DNA of 64,000 nucleotides from an uncultured virus (IMG/VR IMGVR_UViG_3300020531_000001) (IMGVR_UViG_3300020531_000001:1-64000), one strand, 5' to 3'. Shown: positions 9,234-19,771, counted from the first letter of the stretch. Made by a program: numbers and translations. Notes: generated by a model from the sequence alone, not told the origin.

Positions 9234-10087
9234 AATTCAATTAATGTTGTTGTAAAATCTAAAAATTTTTGAGTAAGTTTCCCACCAGAAGAATTCACAC
9301 TTCCTCCTCCGTTGCAAAGATTCTCTGCCATGAATTTTATATCAGCTGATGAGTTTCTTTTCTTTCTAAAAGAAACAAACTGAGTATTAACATTTACTAT
9401 GATTGCAATTTCATAATCATAATTATCTAATAACGAATTGGCTATTTCATTAGCGCTTCCTTTAGCAAAGGTAGCAATTACACTGTGACCTTTGTACTCT
9501 CCTTGATATAAAAATAAATTCTCAAGTTCAGAATTTAAATCTTTATAAAATGATGATGATAATCTTAATTCAGATTCTGACAACTCTTGATAACCAGACC
9601 AGAACTTGTTTACAAAGTTATAAAATCTATTATTTCCGCTCTTTCTAAAAAGACCATTTAATATTTTAGCCTCTCTTGTTTTTAATTCATAACTATTGTA
9701 ATCATCTACATAAACTATTAATTTTTTAAGGTCTGATGAAAATTCAAATTTATCTTTAAATTTTTTGTATAATAGTTTCGTACATGATGTTGTATCGTCA
9801 TCTATCAATGTAGAATCATACACCTTTATATTTTCTTTTTTATCAGAAATAATAATAACTTTTTTATCATCAATTTTATTAATGGTATTTTGATCTAATG
9901 GAATTCCAACTATGAATATTTTATCATATTTATTCGAATTCTCATTGAACCATTCTGTGTATTTCTTTTCAAAGTCTCCGAAAAATACACATTGATAATC
10001 AAAATTGGATTTAGCAAACGCATTACCCAAAATAATAGTAGATGCAACTCCATCTAAATCACAGTTTGTCCATAAAAATACATTCAT
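9230..10087 (-). CDS. DHH/DHHA1 phosphoesterase-fold protein with degenerate active site
   Basis: CDLDGVAS motif I, SDKK where DHH is expected, SCTKLLY, VDDYNSY, GGGSVNSSGG where GGGH is expected. Confidence 0.7.
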   Translation of the reverse strand: MNVFLWTNCDLDGVASTIILGNAFAKSNFDYQCVFFGDFEKKYTEWFNENSNKYDKIFIVGIPLDQNTINKIDDKKVIIISDKKENIKVYDSTLIDDDTTSCTKLLYKKFKDKFEFSSDLKKLIVYVDDYNSYELKTREAKILNGLFRKSGNNRFYNFVNKFWSGYQELSESELRLSSSFYKDLNSELENLFLYQGEYKGHSVIATFAKGSANEIANSLLDNYDYEIAIIVNVNTQFVSFRKKRNSSADIKFMAENLCNGGGSVNSSGGKLTQKFLDFTTTLIEL

Positions 10088-10104
10088 GTATTATATGATT
10101 TAAT

Positions 10105-11421
10105 TTAATTTGCAAATTTTTCAAGTAATGAAAGATCTTCTTCGTTGATCATTTCTTCTTCTTCATCAGATTGAACGATACTCAATGTAGAATAATCAAT
10201 TTTCATGGGTTGAACCATTCCTCTCGGACCGTATCTATTTTTCATCATGCCCAATCTAATCAATCCCAATTCTTGATCTTCTTCATTTTGGAAAATAGAT
10301 ACAATAACATCAGCGGTGGCTGCTAATCCTACAGATTCTGAAATTGTAGCCAAATCTGGATTGTCAGTATTGAAACCTGACTTGTTAAGCTGTGTAGCAC
10401 TAATAATAGGACATTTAAATATATAACTCATAGCACGAACCTGCTCACATATGTATTTCACACGTTCATAAGAATTAGAACCTATAGTGGAATGAAGCAA
10501 GTTAACATAATCTATAACAATAGCATCTACTTTCTCGCCAGAATCTTGGAATTTTTTGACAAATGCTGTGAGTTGTTTCGGAGTAACTGTACTAGGAGGA
10601 AATTCTTTAATAAAAATTTTACTCTTTGGAAATTTCTCTTTCTCAGATTTCAAAAAATGCTGTAAAGATTTACAAGAAGATTGAAATTCTTTAAGTGGAA
10701 TTTTTGTTATATTTGAACATATTCTTTTTGCATATAACATTTCACTCATTTCAAGTGAAATGACAAGAACTGTTTTATTTTGTTTAGCAATGTTTGCTGC
10801 TATATTACCAAGAAATATACTCTTGCCGATGTTTGTCTGTCCAGCGAAAATATATAATGATTTCCCATCTTCTCTAAATCCTCCACCCAATGCATTATCT
10901 AACCACTCCCACTTTGATGGAATTGTTTTTTCAATATTTGTAATATCGTCAATGATACGATCAGAATCTGAGAATATTTCTAATCCATTGTCAGTTACTA
11001 ATTTAATATTGCATGATTTTTCAAACTGCTCAAGTATATTTGATGTGTCTACAACACCATCAGATACATCATTTGCAACTTTTAATAAAGTGTGATATAC
11101 ACTCTTCTCTTTTAAGAAAATTTCAGTGTTTTCATATAGTTCATCAATATCTAAATTTTTATCTAGATCTTTAAAAGATGCTATGAGTTGTTTAAATCCT
11201 TCTTTCAGAGAATCTTCAACTAAGTATGACTTAATTTCCGTCATACTTGGCAATTTTTGCCTTTTATCGTAAAAATTTCTAACTATTTCAAAATATTTCG
11301 AAATTCTTTTGTCTTCAAAATATTCGGGATTTATATAATCTGCAATTGCATTTAAATAAGTTGCATCAATTAAGCATTGTCTCGCTAATATTTTTTCAAA
11401 ATGTTCTAAATCAAGATTCAT
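10105..11421 (-). CDS. gp41: replicative DNA helicase (gp41/DnaB-like)
   Basis: GQTNIGKS, ISLEMSE, IVIDY, SATQLNK, SESVG, MKNRYG. Confidence 0.95.
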   Translation of the reverse strand: MNLDLEHFEKILARQCLIDATYLNAIADYINPEYFEDKRISKYFEIVRNFYDKRQKLPSMTEIKSYLVEDSLKEGFKQLIASFKDLDKNLDIDELYENTEIFLKEKSVYHTLLKVANDVSDGVVDTSNILEQFEKSCNIKLVTDNGLEIFSDSDRIIDDITNIEKTIPSKWEWLDNALGGGFREDGKSLYIFAGQTNIGKSIFLGNIAANIAKQNKTVLVISLEMSEMLYAKRICSNITKIPLKEFQSSCKSLQHFLKSEKEKFPKSKIFIKEFPPSTVTPKQLTAFVKKFQDSGEKVDAIVIDYVNLLHSTIGSNSYERVKYICEQVRAMSYIFKCPIISATQLNKSGFNTDNPDLATISESVGLAATADVIVSIFQNEEDQELGLIRLGMMKNRYGPRGMVQPMKIDYSTLSIVQSDEEEEMINEEDLSLLEKFAN

Positions 11422-12073
11422 ATTTGTTCAAAAACCACTTTTCGGCTGCTTTCCACTCATCTGTAAACTCTTTTAATCCTGGAGATTCATGATTTATATA
11501 GATATCTCCAACACCAACCTTATGACCCATATTATGGCAATTTAAAGAAAAGTCAAGATCATAAAAATGAGCCTTCGCTGGATTTGTAATATCAAATCTT
11601 GCAGTTTCAATCACTTTACGATTCATTGCCATGAAAACACCATCCAACATAACCACTCTATGTGGATATGGTCCAAAACTTGTCATATTTTTAATCGTTT
11701 CGTTTCCATGCGCTACCGCACCATGGAGATTTCCTCCTCCAAACCCACCGCCCATGATGTGCCATAATGCTGGACTTTTTAAGTTTATTTGAGATGTTCC
11801 AGCCACTCCAATCAAATCATATTTTTCAAATAATTTTATTAGTTTTGGAGTGGGGTCATATTCTAACCAAATATCATCATGAGCTAATACCAAAGCGTCC
11901 CAATCTTCTTCTAATGCCTTATCTATGGCTTTATTATACGCCTTTGGTAATCCTTCACTATTGTTTAAATCAAAAGCTATATTTATATCTAAATTTATTT
12001 CTTTTATGCTTTTTAATAAAGCGGTATCTTTAGGGTCGGTTTTTCTTGTCGCTGAAAAGAACGCAATTCTCAT
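11411..12073 (-). CDS. GT-A fold glycosyltransferase-like protein
   Basis: LPKAYN, LAHDD, IGVAG, LDGVFMA, HFYDLDFS, HESPG. Confidence 0.75.
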   Translation of the reverse strand: MRIAFFSATRKTDPKDTALLKSIKEINLDINIAFDLNNSEGLPKAYNKAIDKALEEDWDALVLAHDDIWLEYDPTPKLIKLFEKYDLIGVAGTSQINLKSPALWHIMGGGFGGGNLHGAVAHGNETIKNMTSFGPYPHRVVMLDGVFMAMNRKVIETARFDITNPAKAHFYDLDFSLNCHNMGHKVGVGDIYINHESPGLKEFTDEWKAAEKWFLNKYES

Positions 12074-12079
12074 ATTTAA

Positions 12080-12107
12080 ACGATATCAGATCTATTTAAT
12101 TTGTCAA
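12080..12107 (-). promoter_or_regulatory. sigma70-type promoter TTGACA-N16-TATCGT
   Basis: -10 box lies 6 nt before ATG 12073. Confidence 0.55.
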
Positions 12108-12123
12108 TTTGCTAAATATATTC

Positions 12124-13959
12124 ATGAATTTGTTTAATTTTGAATATTTTACAGAAAGAGCTGAAATATTGACTGAAATGGCAAGACCATTTGTATTGTT
12201 TGGTGCTGGAACACCAGCTAATGTGAAATATAAAGAATTAATGAATCAATTAGTTCAAGAATATCCAGGAAAACCTCCCACATCATATAGAATAACATTA
12301 GATAAGTATTTTCTAGACAAATTTAATGAAAAGTTTGAAATTTATAAATTTTCAAAGCAAGATTTATCAGATTATATAGAATCTAATTTAAGAAATATAG
12401 CTTCCGTAATGTTTGATGATGAAAATGCTTTAGATTTGACCGATGAAGAGATGCAAAGCTTTGAATTGAATTCAGATTCATCATTGGAAGGTGATATTTT
12501 ATATCATTTTGAAAAGAAATTGGATAAAAATGATTATAAAGCATTTAATAAGAATTTTTCAACTATGGTTAGAAACAACAATAAGTTGAAAATGTCTTTA
12601 AAAATGATCAAATCATTGATTGCAGAAGATGAAAATGAATATGTGTTGAGTGGAAATGAAATTGTCAGGTATGAATCCGACGGTTTAAGTGATGCATCTG
12701 CATCCAGATCTACTTTAGAAAAAGTTTCAAGTGAAAATAAAGAACAATTTAATAATTCCGATTTTATAAACTCACTAAATTCAGAAGAGGCAATTTCTTA
12801 TGCTGAAACCGCTTCAGAAAGATCAATAAGATCCAAGGGAATGGAAAAAGCCAGAGTGGAAACCACTGGTATAAAATTTAAAGATTTTTCTCAACTTGAA
12901 AATTATTTAAAACCTACTTTAAAACAATTGAATCGTGATATGCACACACGAAACATAAGTATTGGAAGAGGTGGAAAAGGAGGAACAAAAGCAGAATCAG
13001 AAACAGTAGATTCTCAAGGATCTGATATTGGATTACCATTTTCTACTTTATATATAGATAACATTTTAGATATTTTATCTATATTGATATCAGAAAGAAA
13101 AAAATTACCAACAGAAACATCCAATGATATATGGGGTAAAAGAGATCAACAACTCGGATCATCTAATATTTCAATAAAGCCACAATATTTAAATTATGAA
13201 ATTTCTATTCCATCACAATTATTAAAATCATTCTCTGCTAAAGAAATTGAAGACATATATTTAGGATTTGAAAAAACATATGATAATTTCGAAAATAAAC
13301 AATTAGAATATACTGAAGATGATTTATCAAAAACTATAAACAAATTTAAAGATTCTCTTCCCAAATTATCAAATCTTTTAGAATTTTTCAAAACATCATT
13401 ATCTGGAATCGAAAAACAAAAAGATGAAATTGAACAAGATCAATCTTTCATAGGATATGATGATGATTTAGTTAGAAAATATTTTCCAGATACTGAAAGT
13501 GAAGAATTTAAAAATTTCACAAACTGGTATACAGCTAAAACAAAGTATGAAGAAAAATTAAAGAATGATCTTTTGGAAAGAATATTCAATTATCTTTCTA
13601 GTATGAAGGAAAAAGAATCACCAGACTCTGTTGAGAATGAATTTAAAGGAACTGATTCCGATTTAATGAAAAAATTACAAACTTATGAAAATAAAGTTAG
13701 AAGTTTAGAAAAAGCATACAAATATAGACCAACTGATCAATTAAAATCCGAAATAGATAATTTAAAAGAGATTATAGATTCAATTAAATCCAAGTATAAC
13801 ATAGAAGAACCACAACAAGATGAAGAAGAATTAGCGGTCATGGATTATATGACAGAACAAGTTAAAAAAGATAAATTATTAAATTCAAAAGGACAGTTTG
13901 TTGAAAAAATGAACAAAAAACCATTAAACTATTGGCACTGGAGTCAAATAAATGGATAA
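12124..13959 (+). CDS. large acidic/coiled-coil late protein (candidate internal head protein)
   Basis: TAAATA at 12113-12118 places the start at ATG 12124; opposite strand to the surrounding operon; own terminator. Confidence 0.7.
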   Translation: MNLFNFEYFTERAEILTEMARPFVLFGAGTPANVKYKELMNQLVQEYPGKPPTSYRITLDKYFLDKFNEKFEIYKFSKQDLSDYIESNLRNIASVMFDDENALDLTDEEMQSFELNSDSSLEGDILYHFEKKLDKNDYKAFNKNFSTMVRNNNKLKMSLKMIKSLIAEDENEYVLSGNEIVRYESDGLSDASASRSTLEKVSSENKEQFNNSDFINSLNSEEAISYAETASERSIRSKGMEKARVETTGIKFKDFSQLENYLKPTLKQLNRDMHTRNISIGRGGKGGTKAESETVDSQGSDIGLPFSTLYIDNILDILSILISERKKLPTETSNDIWGKRDQQLGSSNISIKPQYLNYEISIPSQLLKSFSAKEIEDIYLGFEKTYDNFENKQLEYTEDDLSKTINKFKDSLPKLSNLLEFFKTSLSGIEKQKDEIEQDQSFIGYDDDLVRKYFPDTESEEFKNFTNWYTAKTKYEEKLKNDLLERIFNYLSSMKEKESPDSVENEFKGTDSDLMKKLQTYENKVRSLEKAYKYRPTDQLKSEIDNLKEIIDSIKSKYNIEEPQQDEEELAVMDYMTEQVKKDKLLNSKGQFVEKMNKKPLNYWHWSQING

Positions 13960-13962
13960 AAT

Positions 13963-13990
13963 AAAACCCCGCTTTCGCGGGGTTTTTGTT
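13963..13990. terminator. bidirectional intrinsic terminator
   Basis: AAAACCCCGC-TTTC-GCGGGGTTTTT between convergent genes. Confidence 0.9.
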
Positions 13991-13991
13991 A

Positions 13992-15119
13992 TTAATCTTC
14001 TAATATCTCATCTTCATCTTCTTCAATTTCTTCTAAAGGAGGTTCTCCAACTTTATTACCATATGACCATTCTTGTTTTAAACGAGATTCAAGTTCTGGA
14101 AGAAGTTTATCCCATACAGATTGATCCTTTCTCCATGATTTATAAAATCCCAACTTTTCACCATTCCAGTCTGTATATGTAGATCCATTGGAAACTACAA
14201 CCCCCATTTCTTTCATGATATCAAGTAGACCATGATGTTTGTCCAAACCTGTGGCGAATGAAAGATACATCTCACCTTCAAGATATTGCTTGATAAAGCG
14301 ATTTTTAACAGTGAGTGCTCTAATAATAACACCAGAGTAACTTTTCTGTCCAGCTGCTTTTGTATCCTCAATTGTTTTACCTCCATCATCTTTAACTGGC
14401 TTTCTAGCTAATTGAACCGTTACAGAAGGTAAATAAATTGCAGCTTTGCCACCAGCAATATCTTTTTCAAGAGTTGGATACATTTGACCAGGATTATCAT
14501 AAACATGATTTGTCATCAAAATAGGAGTCTTGGTCAGTGTTGACATGTTTGTACATGTTTTCAACAAACTCTTGATACTTTTAGCAAAAGTTCCCATATC
14601 AGAAGAAGTATTTTCTTTATCCATTCTACTGATTTCCAATTCACTTTGCAGGTTAGCCAAAGAATCAATTGCAATAATGAACTTGCCTTCTAATCCTTTT
14701 TCTTTTACTGATTTTAAAAGTTTGTAAATTGAATTTCTTGTATTTTCAGCAGTTTGAACATTTACTTTTTTTACTTTAGTGGTATCAAGACCCATTTTAG
14801 ATGCGGTTTCGTCATCAATAGCACCCTCTGTATCATAAATTACAACTTGCATTCCTTTTTTTTGAGCGTTTGCTAAGATTTTAAGAATAAAACCTGTTTT
14901 AAATGTCTGACTTGGACCTACGAATTGTGTTACGCGACCTCTTGGAACACCACCATACAATGAACCAGAGATCAGCCCATTCAGCACCATCGATCCAGTG
15001 TCAATCCAATCATCAATTCCAGTTAACTTACTGTCACTTAGATATGATGAGTATGGTGTAATGTCATCAATGCTGCTCAATACATCATCAATGTCTTTTT
15101 GACTGCTGTTTTTTGCCAT
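13992..15119 (-). CDS. uvsX: RecA-like recombinase UvsX
   Basis: DTGSMVLNGLISGSLYGG, GPSQTFKT, YDTEGA, IDSLANL, TNHVY, GGKA. Confidence 0.95.
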   Translation of the reverse strand: MAKNSSQKDIDDVLSSIDDITPYSSYLSDSKLTGIDDWIDTGSMVLNGLISGSLYGGVPRGRVTQFVGPSQTFKTGFILKILANAQKKGMQVVIYDTEGAIDDETASKMGLDTTKVKKVNVQTAENTRNSIYKLLKSVKEKGLEGKFIIAIDSLANLQSELEISRMDKENTSSDMGTFAKSIKSLLKTCTNMSTLTKTPILMTNHVYDNPGQMYPTLEKDIAGGKAAIYLPSVTVQLARKPVKDDGGKTIEDTKAAGQKSYSGVIIRALTVKNRFIKQYLEGEMYLSFATGLDKHHGLLDIMKEMGVVVSNGSTYTDWNGEKLGFYKSWRKDQSVWDKLLPELESRLKQEWSYGNKVGEPPLEEIEEDEDEILED

Positions 15120-15120
15120 A

Positions 15121-15465
15121 TTACAGATCGTTAATAGAGATTACTTTAGGTGAATTTTGAGCAACTGTGTCTTGAGGGGTATTAATCTTTTGGTATTGAG
15201 AAACGATGCGATCATCTAGTTCAACATCTGAAATAGCGACGTTCGATTTAGTATATGTCCAAATATTCTTGTCACGGCTTTCTTTACTGATAAATTCAAA
15301 AAAGAATAGAGGAAATGTTTGGACTTGAAGTTGACCAGATGGTTCTGGTTGAACATGAATAATAACAGGATTATTAATACTAACGGTAGCTGCATCTTCA
15401 GATGCTAACACACCCATGATTGTTCTTCCGATTTGGTCTTGGATTACGATATGTTTTTCTTTCAT
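15121..15465 (-). CDS. hypothetical protein (Sm/SH3-like beta protein)
   Basis: ORF with its own TTGACT-N16-TAAATT promoter. Confidence 0.6.
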   Translation of the reverse strand: MKEKHIVIQDQIGRTIMGVLASEDAATVSINNPVIIHVQPEPSGQLQVQTFPLFFFEFISKESRDKNIWTYTKSNVAISDVELDDRIVSQYQKINTPQDTVAQNSPKVISINDL

Positions 15466-15485
15466 ATGATTTAATTTACCATATC

Positions 15486-15908
15486 TTATTCTGAAGTCAA
15501 CATCTTTCGATGTTCTTTTAAAATTTTATTAAATGCTTTTCCGACATTGTGTTTTTTAGAAGCTAATAATATAAAATGTTTCATTAAAGATTCGAACGTT
15601 TTTATAATTAAGTTATGTTTTTGTGAAAATTCTTTAATTTTAGTATATTTTTTTCCAAAAATAATATCTTCAAATATTTCTAATGTATACTCCATATTTT
15701 CAGAAGAAATATTTTCAATTTTCTTTTCAATAATTTGAACTTTCACAGGCTTTTGTTTTTTAACTTGTAATATTTTTAAACGTAATTCTTCCATTTTTGG
15801 ATTTATAAATGGAGTATCATTTACACCTTGCAATGCATTTGATAGTTTTTGATATGCTTCATTTTCAGCAACATCTAAACCTTTATTGTAAGCTTCTTGT
15901 GGGGTCAT
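15486..15908 (-). CDS. hypothetical protein
   Basis: ORF directly downstream of the polymerase. Confidence 0.6.
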   Translation of the reverse strand: MTPQEAYNKGLDVAENEAYQKLSNALQGVNDTPFINPKMEELRLKILQVKKQKPVKVQIIEKKIENISSENMEYTLEIFEDIIFGKKYTKIKEFSQKHNLIIKTFESLMKHFILLASKKHNVGKAFNKILKEHRKMLTSE

Positions 15909-15910
15909 GA

Positions 15911-18499
15911 TTAATCTTCTGAAAATAAATCTAATAAATCAACTTTAACATTTTCATTTGGTTTTCTTAAAATCCAACCAACCGCTTCATAAAAAAAATC
16001 AATATTTCTATACATTAAATTTTCAAACATTTTTTCATAATCGATTTCAAATTCTTTTTTAAATTCTTCAGGATAATTACCACCATATCCAACAACGTCA
16101 ATATTATATCTGTTTGGCTTTTTAACATTGATATATTTTATTTTATCACCTTGTTTTAATTTTGGATATTTTCCCGATATTCCAAGCTTTTCAAGTAATA
16201 CATTGTGATAATGAGCAGCCTTCATGTGCTCTTGCATTCCTTTAGCTATTTGATTAAATCCATCACAATCAGAACTATACTTATCAAATGTATTGATTCC
16301 ACTTATTCTGGATACCATTTCATAAGGTAATGTTTTGAAAGTCTCATATGCTTGGTTAAAAAGATCATCAGCAATATTTTTTCTTTTATCAATTATCATG
16401 CTTTCTATGATTTCCTTCAAGTATGGTTTGAGTTTTTTAGGCATTGTAGTTTTAACTACTGACACACCTTTGTATTTAAATTTATCTACTTTAAAGCCTT
16501 CATCATCAATCATGTGAAGTACGTAATATTTTTTCTTTAAGAAAATTCCAGAATCGCATATCGTTTCTCTTTTAAAGACAAAACGAGGATCTAAACTTTT
16601 CAATTCATTCTTTGCCCAGTTTGTCATTTCTGTGTTTATATAATTTTCAATATAATCACAGAAATTTAAAAAATCGGGATTGATCTCATCGTTTTTGTAA
16701 ATTGGTATTCCTTTCTTATCTAAACATTTTAAAGAAACATATAAACTATCTGTATCATTGTATATGATAGAATCGTTCAATTCACATTGAGTTAATTCTG
16801 GATATTTTTCAATTAATGATTTTTGAAAAACGTCATTTGAACTTTTAATAACAGCCTGTCCAGTTAGCGTTACTGAGGATGCAATATCATCATCTCCCAT
16901 AGGGGCATATGCATTTCCCATATAACCATACAATGAATTCAAATTAATTTTGTACGCATATTGAATAGAATCATATCTATTTTGTTCAGATTGAATAAAC
17001 TCTCTTTCTTTTTTAGAAAGATTTTTATCTTCTTTCAATTTAGTTTTACAATCTTTCATCGCTTTTTGCATTTTCTTTCGTTCGGAATACAACCAATCTA
17101 GATATTCGGGAACAATGCCTTTTCGTTTTTGAGAGAACAAAAATCCAGCTTTCGTAAATGCTATTTTTTCAGCAGCTATATAATTTTCGAATTTTTCCTT
17201 ATCGAATTCATACACTCTACCAGTCACATGATATATCTTGTATGTGTTTTCAAATTCTTCATATCTTCCAATTTTTGTTTCTGGAGAAAGATTCAAAGAA
17301 ATCATAACACTTGGATATAGAGAGTTGGCATCGAAACTTACCAAGTTCTCAGAAAGCCCTCTTTTCGGCTCTCTAACATATGCTCCTGGGTTTTTACCAT
17401 TTTTTATAGGTCTTATGAAGGTTGGTATTCTTTGATTTCTTTTTCTCGCTTGTACAGCCAAAGCTCCATTCATAATAGGAACTGTATCGATAGCCTTTTC
17501 AATATTAGTCAATCCAATATTTGCAAGGAATCTTAAAGTTTTCATATATCTCAATTCATCATCCAACCTTACAAGAAGTTCAACGTCGAGAATGTTATAG
17601 TCCACAAAGGTTTTCCAATCTTTAATTGACAACTCCCACAATTGCCCTTCATATTCTATTTTATTTTTACCAAGCTCGACTTCAGCAATGTAATCTAACT
17701 TATACGATTCTTGCTTATCTAATTTAAACTTTTGATAAAGTACCATATAATCAACTGATGATACTCCTTCGATTACAATTTGAACAGGCGGCTCTCCAAA
17801 TTTAATTCTTTTTTTAACTTTTTCATATATACGTCCTATTGGAGATAATCTCTTTTGCCATTCTTCATCTAATACAACAGCAATTCGATTTACCAAATAA
17901 GGCATATCAAAACCAGAACTATTCCATCCAGATACAACGTCTGGATAATCATTTTCCCAAAATTTAATAAATGTTTTTAATAAAATTTCTTCACTTTTAC
18001 AATGAATATATTTTATTTTTTTATCTGTAATGTGAGAAGCATCAAAAGGTTTCAATCCAAATGTCACATAACGTTCTCTTATAGAATCATAACATGTTAT
18101 TAGGTTGATGATATCTTCTGGATTTTGAATATCTGGAAATTTTCCTTTGTTACTGAAAGTTTCAATATCTATAAACATTACTTTAAGAGGAAATTTGGAA
18201 AAATCCTCATCAGTATTTTGATGCCAATAATTATCAATTAAAAATTGCTGGGCTGGTGGTAAATTTTCAAAAACTCTTTTTATATTAGAATCTTTTAAAA
18301 ATTTATTTCTTTCAAACCCAGAATCAAATTCTTTTTTTGTTAATTTGGTTTTGAATATGCTTTCTTCTTCCCCGTTGACCTTTTCCAGTAAAAGATATGG
18401 ATTAAAATCCAAATCATACTTCACACGATTTCCATCGACATCCCAAGAAAACAAATGGACGCATCTTTCTTTATTGTTGTAAACGCAGTTTCTGTACAC
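15911..18499 (-). CDS. gp43: family B DNA polymerase (gp43)
   Basis: Exonuclease DIET, GWNSSGFD, YNILD; polymerase SFDANSLYPS, KINLNSLYG, YNDTDS, KKKYY. Confidence 0.97.
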   Translation of the reverse strand: MYRNCVYNNKERCVHLFSWDVDGNRVKYDLDFNPYLLLEKVNGEEESIFKTKLTKKEFDSGFERNKFLKDSNIKRVFENLPPAQQFLIDNYWHQNTDEDFSKFPLKVMFIDIETFSNKGKFPDIQNPEDIINLITCYDSIRERYVTFGLKPFDASHITDKKIKYIHCKSEEILLKTFIKFWENDYPDVVSGWNSSGFDMPYLVNRIAVVLDEEWQKRLSPIGRIYEKVKKRIKFGEPPVQIVIEGVSSVDYMVLYQKFKLDKQESYKLDYIAEVELGKNKIEYEGQLWELSIKDWKTFVDYNILDVELLVRLDDELRYMKTLRFLANIGLTNIEKAIDTVPIMNGALAVQARKRNQRIPTFIRPIKNGKNPGAYVREPKRGLSENLVSFDANSLYPSVMISLNLSPETKIGRYEEFENTYKIYHVTGRVYEFDKEKFENYIAAEKIAFTKAGFLFSQKRKGIVPEYLDWLYSERKKMQKAMKDCKTKLKEDKNLSKKEREFIQSEQNRYDSIQYAYKINLNSLYGYMGNAYAPMGDDDIASSVTLTGQAVIKSSNDVFQKSLIEKYPELTQCELNDSIIYNDTDSLYVSLKCLDKKGIPIYKNDEINPDFLNFCDYIENYINTEMTNWAKNELKSLDPRFVFKRETICDSGIFLKKKYYVLHMIDDEGFKVDKFKYKGVSVVKTTMPKKLKPYLKEIIESMIIDKRKNIADDLFNQAYETFKTLPYEMVSRISGINTFDKYSSDCDGFNQIAKGMQEHMKAAHYHNVLLEKLGISGKYPKLKQGDKIKYINVKKPNRYNIDVVGYGGNYPEEFKKEFEIDYEKMFENLMYRNIDFFYEAVGWILRKPNENVKVDLLDLFSED

Positions 18500-18530
18500 T
18501 ACAACAAGTAAAACACGTTTTTCGAAATTG

Positions 18531-19733
18531 TCAATTGAACTTCAGTATGTATTTTCTAGATGATGAACCGTATGGAGTGTCTAGAGCTTCCATGAAAGCT
18601 CCTATATTTTCTGGTCTTTCTAAAAATCTCGCTTCTCCAATTTTACGAAGTTCTGGGATTAATTGATAATATCTAGCTCTATTTTTCCAATTCAATAATT
18701 CTTCTACTTTGTTTTCTAAATCTTCTCCTGTTTTAAATTTTAAAACATTCAGCGCATTTTCATATGTTGTCATATCTTGAACTAGACATGGGATTCCCAA
18801 ACATGCAGCTTCAATGTATTTGATATCAGATTTACTTCTATTAAATGAATTATCTTGCAAGGGAGCTAAAAACAATTGAGCATTTAAACTATCTAAAAAG
18901 TTAGGGTATTCAATTAATGTCTTCCAAGGATGAAATTCAATTTTTCTATTTTCAACTAAATGTCTAATGGGAGGAGGTACAGCTCCGATAAAAACAAATT
19001 GATATTTATCAACATTTTTAGAAATAAATTCTATAACATGAGTAAAATCATCTTGTTGTTTTGTCTTATTTCCAACATCAAAATGTGCTCCAGATCCTGA
19101 ATATACAATGCGAGGTTTCTTTTTATTTTTATCAAAATTATCAATGATTTTACGATAATTGAACTGATGACCGATCCACCAATATGGAGGGAAATTAGGT
19201 ATTACCGAAATTTCTTCTTTACCAGTTCTTAATTTATATAAATCTCTCATGTGTTTACATGTAACTGTAACCTCATCAGACATATTAATCATATCAATGC
19301 AGTTTTGGCGAATTTCATCATTATCAAACGCTGGCTTATAGATATTATAATCTGGAATGTCTTCTCTGAATACGACATCATCAACTTCATATATAATTTT
19401 AAATCCAAGTTCTGGTTGTATACTTTTCAAAAACTCAAAAAACATTTTCTGTTCTTTACTTGCTTGTCTTTGAAGCTTAATAGTTTTTATATCTCTGTAC
19501 CATTCTTTATCAAAAATCATTTTAGTAAGAGATGCTGAATCTCCCATGTTGGACATATTGATATGAAGTTCTGGCCAACCTATTCTCCACTGACCACACC
19601 CCTGACGATCTGCCATGAAATTTAAATATCTAGCTGGTCCATTTGGAACACTATTGATTTCTGGTGCTTTGGAAATTACACTATTTGAAAATGGTGATGT
19701 TGGAAACGGAGATGGAAATGGATTGGAAAACAT
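18531..19733 (-). CDS. GT-B fold glycosyltransferase
   Basis: GCGQWRI..P, YEVDD, APLQDNSFNRSKSDIKYIEA. Confidence 0.8.
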   Translation of the reverse strand: MFSNPFPSPFPTSPFSNSVISKAPEINSVPNGPARYLNFMADRQGCGQWRIGWPELHINMSNMGDSASLTKMIFDKEWYRDIKTIKLQRQASKEQKMFFEFLKSIQPELGFKIIYEVDDVVFREDIPDYNIYKPAFDNDEIRQNCIDMINMSDEVTVTCKHMRDLYKLRTGKEEISVIPNFPPYWWIGHQFNYRKIIDNFDKNKKKPRIVYSGSGAHFDVGNKTKQQDDFTHVIEFISKNVDKYQFVFIGAVPPPIRHLVENRKIEFHPWKTLIEYPNFLDSLNAQLFLAPLQDNSFNRSKSDIKYIEAACLGIPCLVQDMTTYENALNVLKFKTGEDLENKVEELLNWKNRARYYQLIPELRKIGEARFLERPENIGAFMEALDTPYGSSSRKYILKFN

Positions 19734-19771
19734 ATATATTGTAGTTATATTTTAATGTAAAAATGTCAATC

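Noticed and set aside
13952..14182. 76-aa plus-strand ORF
   Set aside because: Runs through the terminator hairpin and antisense to uvsX
13992..15119. Non-canonical Walker A GPSQTFKT in the recombinase
   Set aside because: T4-type UvsX proteins normally have this Phe-containing P-loop, so it is not novel
15911..18499. Intron, intein or split in the DNA polymerase
   Set aside because: Single 862-aa ORF with all motifs at normal spacing
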